Source: Eledone cirrhosa
Lineage: Eukaryota
NCBI GenBank assembly: GCA_964016885.1
Contig: OZ024754.1
Location: 18,600,001-18,664,000 of the forward strand
Length of the DNA stretch: 64,000 nt
Reading direction: 5' to 3'
Position 1 is the stretch's first letter; each line of letters begins with the position of its first letter. Under the pieces are notes generated by a model. The model was not told the origin of the DNA. It made no database searches and was given only the letters and a program-made list of their open reading frames with translations. Of this stretch, positions 56,913 through 64,000 are shown piece by piece. Both the position numbers and the translations under genes were made by a program.

Positions 56913-57766
56913 ATTTTACATTCATTTAATTTATTGATTTATTGATATTTTTTATCTGAGTGTCCCGAATCTTCCGTTATCGTGATTTTTTGATCGTACG
57001 GTTGATTATAGACTTGTTCTATGTGTGACGGTATTTTAACGATAGTTATAGCTCTGATTTATCTAAATCAGCGAGCACTCTGCCGCTCATATCGAATTTT
57101 GTTTATCGTGAACTCGTGCGCCGATTTTTCGATACTCGATCATTCTAATATATTTAGCTCTGGACATAGCTATCCACCAGTTAATTTTATTGTTCATTTT
57201 TTGTCGATTCTATTGAGTGATGAATAGCTCTTGTTTATTTTAACATGTCTATTGAGCACTTTTATTCGATACGTGTATTTCCACATTTTCTCGAATAGTT
57301 TTCGCGGATGTAGAGGTTATCTCCCTTGCCGAATTCCATGTGCGTATTTAGCCTGGGTTAAGCCATTTTATCCGCTCGGACGAAGCTCGTCGAAGAAGTA
57401 AATTTCCTGTCCGCTAAATTCTAGAAGTCTTATATATTTATATGTGAGCTGATAGAGTACAGTTTAAGGATTTACAGAAACCCAAGAAGCTAGATTTAAC
57501 ATCTTTCTAGTGGGTCCGGGTACGCATTTTACATTCATTTAATTTATTGATTTATTGATATTTTTTATCTGAGTGTCCCGAATCTTCCGTTATCGTGATT
57601 TTTTGATCGTACGGTTGATTATAGACTTGTTCTATGTGTGACGGTATTTTAACGATAGTTATAGCTCTGATTTATCTAAATCAGCGAGCACTCTGCCGCT
57701 CATATCGAATTTTGTTTATCGTGAACTCGTGCGCCGATTTTTCGATACTCGATCATTCTAATATAT
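56913..57766 (+). mobile_element. Retrozyme/pLTR-like element: identical 241-bp direct repeats (56913-57153, 57526-57766; period 613) with HHR-like motif at 57385-57521
   Basis: Direct repeats flanked by (TA)n. GCTCG-TCGAAGA-a-GTAAAT...ATTTAC-a-GAA-ACCCA...TGGGT-C-CGGGT. Confidence 0.7.
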
Positions 57767-57795
57767 ATATATATATATATATATTTACATATACA

Positions 57796-57859
<64 letters not shown>

Positions 57860-58212
57860 TACATATATATACGTATATATATATCGCATGTATATATAGT
57901 GTGTTTATAAATACATACATGCATACATATAGACAGACAGACGCAGGGCAGCGAGCATTTAATAAATAAGATCTCATAGATTTATAAGTTTTAATTCCTA
58001 GCAAAAAATGTTATCAAATCTTATCGTCAGCGTTCTGAAGTAAAGTAACCTAGTTTCATCTTTAGAAAACTGACCGTCATCTTTTAAACTGAAGATTAGC
58101 TTGTATTGGTTACTCCTCTTAGTTTGTATCATTTAAAGGCCACCGCTAACTGTATGTGATGTATGATAGTAAGAAGCCTTAGATCAACCATCTTCTTGAA
58201 GATATTTCCTTT

Positions 58213-58229
58213 TTTGGTAATACTAGTTT

Positions 58230-58289
<60 letters not shown>

Positions 58290-58507
58290 AGTGAGAGAAG
58301 AAGGAGAGAGAGTAAGAGAGGAGAGATAGCTTATGAAAGGTGAGAGAGTGTAAGAGGGAGAGAGAGAGAGAGAGACAAGAGAGAGAGAGAGAGGCGAGAG
58401 AAAGGAGAAAGAGAGAGAGAGATAAGAGAGGGGAGAAAGAGTGAGAGAGAAGAGAGAGAGGATAGAGAAGAGGAGGGAAAGAGAGTGCATGGCGAGGGAG
58501 AGGGAGA

Positions 58508-58558
<51 letters not shown>

Positions 58559-58589
58559 ACTGAAAGAGAGTGCAGGGAGTGGAGAGAGA

Positions 58590-58625
<36 letters not shown>
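58213..58625 (+). repeat. (GA)n-rich polypurine tract
   Basis: Visible run. Confidence 0.9.
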
Positions 58626-58627
<2 letters not shown>

Positions 58628-58778
58628 AGGTTTCTAATCCTAACATTTTTGTCATGTCTTCACGAGATAATACAACTTTTGTATAACCACGTATGTGTGT
58701 GTAGTGTGTGTGTGTGTGCCTGTCTCTGTTGCGTTCTTTATGAGCATGTGCGTGAGTGCGTGTAATTATCATGATGTT

Positions 58779-58837
<59 letters not shown>

Positions 58838-58854
58838 ACACACATACACACATA

Positions 58855-59020
58855 TGTAGAAGTTCTATTTAAATTGTTGGGATACAACAAGCAAATATTT
58901 TTATAACTGATATAAAGCACTCAACAAATTATTGGAGTAAAAATACGATATATTAACAAAAGGAAACTATATTTATAAAACCATATTTATTTCATTATAC
59001 ATATTTCAAGGACACCAAGT
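58855..59020 (-). mobile_element. Family A copy truncated inside HHR stem II
   Basis: Nearly identical to 28347-28513. Confidence 0.85.
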
Positions 59021-59610
59021 ATATATATATATATGCGTATCCATGTGTGCGTGTGTTTGTATAACTATATGTGTTATATATATATGATGGCTGCCCCCTC
59101 GTTATCGAGTATGGCCATTGCACGATATACCATTATTAATAATTATTAATTAATTCTATCGTGCAATACCTGTACGTGAAGATATCTTTTAAAGTGAGGA
59201 AAGACTGTGCACTGAGTCAATCCCACTCTCTGAGCGACAGTAGCTATAACCCGAAAAGAAGAATAGATCAACATCATCGGTAACTACTGAGCCGCAGGTT
59301 TTATATCGGAGTTATCTCAGTTTCCTGAGTTGCCTTCTCCTAGAAGAATGCCCTGACAAAGGCTAGGGGTCCTTCACTCCGAGTGGTTTAACAGCGCGAT
59401 CGGGTGGCCAGCCCAACTATTTCTATGTCCCCGCGTATATACATACACATGCACCCATGTATATACACATATACATATACATACATATGTACATGTGTAT
59501 ATACATATTTACACACTTTTGGATGGCCATTGGATGGCCACTCTTATGAGTTCTTCCGCCCTTTGTCAGATTTTGTTCTTTGTCCTGCAGCGTGTCCAAA
59601 ATAGACACAC

Positions 59611-59701
<91 letters not shown>

Positions 59702-59814
59702 CATACATACATATACGTAGCTAAGGGGATTTTTTTCATAAAGCACTGAGTGGATAAAGTTAATATAAAAAATATAGGGTGAAAACTCTTAAAAACGGAA
59801 AAAGGGGCTGCCGT

Positions 59815-59889
59815 TGGCCGCTATGAGGAATCGAACTCCTTATCTCCCATATACCAGCAAGGCGATTTAAACCATTCAGCCAAGGAGCC
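59815..59889 (-). pseudogene. tRNA-like sequence (pseudogene or SINE head)
   Basis: GGCTCCTTGGCTGAATGG...GAGTTCGATTCCTC; A and B boxes present, stems mismatched, apparent anticodon GGT. Confidence 0.55.
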
Positions 59890-60049
59890 GTAGCAAACCT
59901 TATCCTCTTAAATTTGATAGCCGATAACTTTTAACTGTCAACAAATATCGTGTCTACAATTTCTTTTATTAATTTTTTCATCAATATATGTAAAGATGGG
60001 GAGGGGGGGGGGGGTAAGTTCTGGTTGATTTTGTGGAACAGGGATTTAT

Positions 60050-63000
60050 ACAACTACAACGACAACAACAACAGCACCAAAAAGAGCAACAGCGGCACCA
60101 GCAGCAACAACAATAACAACGACAGCACCAAAAAGTGCAACATCAGCAACAGGAGCAACAACAACAACAACGACAGCACCAAAAAGAGCAACAACAGCAA
60201 CAGTAGCAACAACAACAACAACGACAGCACCAAAAAGAGCAACATCAGCAACAGTAGCAACAACAACGACAGCACCAAAAAGCGCAACAGCAGCAACAGT
60301 AGCAACAACAACAACAACGACAGCACCAAAAAGAACAACATCAGCAACAGTAGCAACAACAACAACAACGACAGCACCAAAAAGAGCAACAACAGCAACA
60401 GTAGCAACAACAACAACAACCACAGAACCAAAAAGAGCAACAGCAGCAACAGTAGCAACAACAACAACAACGACAGCACCAAAAAGAGCAACAGCAGCAA
60501 CAGTAGCAACAACAATAACAACGACAGCACCAAAAAGAGCAACACAGCAACAGTAGCAACAACAACAACAACGACAGCACCAAAAAAAACAACATCAGCA
60601 ACAGTAGCAACAACAATAACAACGACAGCACCAAAAAGAGCAATACAGCAACAGTAGCAACAACAACAACAACAACAGCACCAAAAAGAGCAACAACAGC
60701 AACAGTAGCAACAACAACAACAACAGACATCAGCAACAGTAGCAACAACAACAACAACGACGACAGCACCAAAAAGAGCAACCACAGCAACAGTAGCAAG
60801 AACAACAACAAAGACAGCACCAAAAAGAGCAACACAGCAACAGTAGCAACAACAACAACAACCACAGCACCAAAAAGAGCAACAACAGCAACAGTAGCAA
60901 CAACAACAACAACCACAGCACCAAAAAGAGCAACAACAGCAACAGTTGCAACAACAACAACAACAACAACGACAGCACCAAAAAGAGCGACACCAGCAAC
61001 AGTAGCAACAACCACAACAACGACAGCACCAAAAAGAGCAACAACAGCAACAGTAGCAACAACAACAACAACCACAGCACCAACAAGAGCAACATCAGCG
61101 ACAGTAGCAACAACAACAACAACGACAGCACCAAAAAGAACAACAACAGCAACAGTAGCAACAACAACAACAACAACGACAGCACCAAAAAGAGCAACAA
61201 CAGCAACAGTAACAACAACAACAACAACGACAGCACCAAAAAGAGCAACATCAGCAACAGTAGCAACAACAACAACAACGACAGCACCAAAAAGAGCAAC
61301 AACAGCAACAGTAGCAACAACAAAAACAACAACGACAGCACCAAAAAGAGCAACAACAGCAACAGTAGCAACAACAAAAACGACAACGACAACACCAAAA
61401 AGAGCAACAACAGCAACAGTAACAACAACAACAACAACGACAGCACCAAAAAGAGCAACATCAGCAACAGTAGCAACAACAACAACAACAACGACAGCAC
61501 CAAAAAGAAGAACAACAGCAACAGTAGCAACAACAAAAACAACGACAGCACCCAAAAGAGCAACATCAGCAACAGCAGCAACAACAACAACAACAACGAC
61601 AGCACCAAAAAGAGCAACAACAGCAACAGTAGCAACAGCAACAACAGCCACAGAACCAAAAAGAGCAACAACAGCAACAGTAGCAACAACAACAACAACC
61701 ACAGAACCAAAAAGAGCAACAAGAGCAACAGTAGCAACAACAACAACAACGACAGCACCAAAAAGAGCAACAGCAGCAACAGTAGCAACAACAACAACAA
61801 CAACGACAGCACCAAAAAGAGCAACATCAGCAACAGTAGCAACAACAACAACAAAGACAGCACCAAAAAGAGCAACAACAGCAACAGTAGCAACAAAAAC
61901 AACAACCACAGAACCAAAAAGAGCAACAACAGCAACAGTAGCAACAACAACAACAACCACAGAACCAAAAAGAGCAACAACAGCAACAGTAGCAACAACA
62001 ACAACAACCACGGAACCAAAAAGAGCAACAACAGCAACAGTAGCAACAACAACAACAACGACAGCACCAAAAAGAGCAACCACAGCAACAGTAGCAACAA
62101 CAACAACAACGACAGCACCAAAAAGAGCAACAGCAGCAACAGTAGCAACAACAACAACAACGACATCAGCAACAGTAGCAACAACAACAACAACAACGAC
62201 AGCACCAAAAAGAACAACAACAGCAACAGGAGCAACAACAACAACAACGACAGCACCAAAAAGAGCAACAACAGCAACAGTAGCAACAACAACAACAACG
62301 ACAGCACCAAAAAGAGCAACAACAGCAACAGTAGCAACAACAACAACAACGACAGCACCAAAAAGAGCAACAACAGCAACAGTAGCAACAACAACAACAA
62401 CAACGACAGCACCAAAAAGAGCAACAACAGCAACAGTAGCAACAACAACAACAACGACAGCACCAAAAAGAACAACAACAGCAACAGTAGCAACAACAAC
62501 AACAACGACAGCACCAAAAAGAGCAACAACAGCAACAGTAGAAACAACAAAAACAACAACGACAGCACCAAAAAGAGCAACAACAGCAACAGTAGCAACA
62601 ACAACAACAACGACAGTACCAAAAAGAGCAACAACAGCAACAGTAGCAACAACAACAACAACGACAGCACCAAAAAGAACAACAACAGCAACAGTAGCAA
62701 CAACAACAACAACGACAGCACCAAAAAGAGCAACATCAGCAACAGTAGCAACAACAACAACAACGACAGCACCAAAAAGAGCAACAACAGCAACAGTAGC
62801 GACAACAAAAACAACAACGACAGCACCAAAAAGAAGAACAACAACAACAGTAGCAACAACAAAAATAACGACAGCACCCAAAAGAGCAACATCAGCAACA
62901 GCAGCAACAACAACAACAACAACGACAGCACCAAAAAGAGCAACAACAGCAACAGTAGCAACAGCAACAACAGCCAGAGCACCAAAAAGAGCAACAAGAG

Positions 63001-64000
63001 CAACAGTAGCAACAACAACAACCACGACAGCACCAAAAAGAGCAACAGCAGCAACAGTAGCAACAACAAAAACGACAACGGCAACACCAAAAAGAGCAAC
63101 AACAGCAACAGTAACAACAACAACAACAACGACAGCACCAAAAAGAGCAACATCAGCAACAGTAGCAACAACAACAACAACGACAGCACCAAAAAGAAGA
63201 ACAACAGCAACAGTAGCAACAACAAAAACAACGACAGCACCCAAAAGAGCAACATCAGCAACAGCAGCAACAACAACAACAACAACGACAGCACCAAAAA
63301 GAGCAACAACAGCAACAGTAGCAACAGCAACAACAGCCAGAGCACCAAAAAGAGCAACAAGAGCAACAGTAGCAACAACAACAACAACGACAGCACCAAA
63401 AAGAGCAACAGCAGCAACAGTAGCAACAACAACAACAACGACAGCACCAAAAAGAGCATCATCAGCAACAGTAGCAACAACAACAACAAAGACAGCACCA
63501 AAAAGAGCAACAACAGCAACAGTAGCAACAAAAACAACAACCACAGAACCAAAAAGAGCAACAACAGCAACAGTAGCAACAACAACAACAACCACAGAAC
63601 CAAAAAGAGCAACAACAGCAACAGTAGCAACAACAACAACAACCACAGAACCAAAAAGAGCAACAACAGCAACAGTAGCAACAACAACAACAACGACAGC
63701 ACCAAAAAGAGCAACATCAGCAACAGTAGCAACAACAACAACAACGACAGCACCAAAAAGAGCAACAGCAGCAACAGTAGCAACAACAACAACAACCACA
63801 GAACCAAAAAGAGCAACAACAGCAACAGTAGCAACAACAACAACAACCACAGAACCAAAAAGAGCAACAACAGCAACAGTAGCAACAACAACAACAACGA
63901 CAGCACCAAAAAGAGCAACAACAGGAACAGTAGCAACAACAACAACAACCACAGAACCAAAAAGAGCAACAGCAGCAACAGTAGCAACAACAACAACAAC
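60050..64000 (+). repeat. ~51-bp AAC-rich minisatellite running off the window end
   Basis: Unit ACAGCACCAAAAAGAGCAACAACAGCAACAGTAGC(AAC)nG. Confidence 0.96.

Noticed and set aside
59085-59432. Complex segment with hairpin ATTGCACGATA/TATCGTGCAAT, possibly a LINE UTR
   Set aside because: No diagnostic motif, so it cannot be assigned.
59815-59889. Functional tRNA-Thr(GGT)
   Set aside because: Acceptor and anticodon stems are mismatched and the anticodon is atypical for eukaryotes.
60341-63999. Poly-Val/Leu ORFs over 1000 aa on the minus strand
   Set aside because: Antisense translation of the AAC minisatellite.

Overview
Eukaryotic, repeat-saturated DNA. The (TA)n/(CA)n density and SINE types suggest an octopod or other coleoid cephalopod, but this is inference. 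Nearly all ORFs in the track are artefacts of simple repeats. The window contains: (1) an ~18.7 kb satellite of 20-bp units (8695-27410) holding one full-length RTE-clade LINE with an open 1044-aa APE+RT ORF and two 5'-truncated CR1 LINEs; (2) a near-identical 4 x ~2.5 kb tandem amplification (30558-40680) carrying a non-autonomous Helitron and the 3' end of a Buster/Charlie hAT; (3) at least four Penelope-like element (PLE) GIY-YIG fragments; (4) SINEs and minisatellites. The most striking signal is about 20 type I hammerhead ribozyme (HHR) motifs from several unrelated families, read by eye. Most lie in fold-back or direct-repeat elements inserted in (TA)n tracts. Several have recurrent non-canonical cores (CCGANGA; U3:A8 UUGAAAA), palindromic stem III or long stem II. 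In several inverted pairs one arm has lost part of the catalytic core. There is one candidate host exon (45636-45749). No ribozyme activity or database match has been verified.
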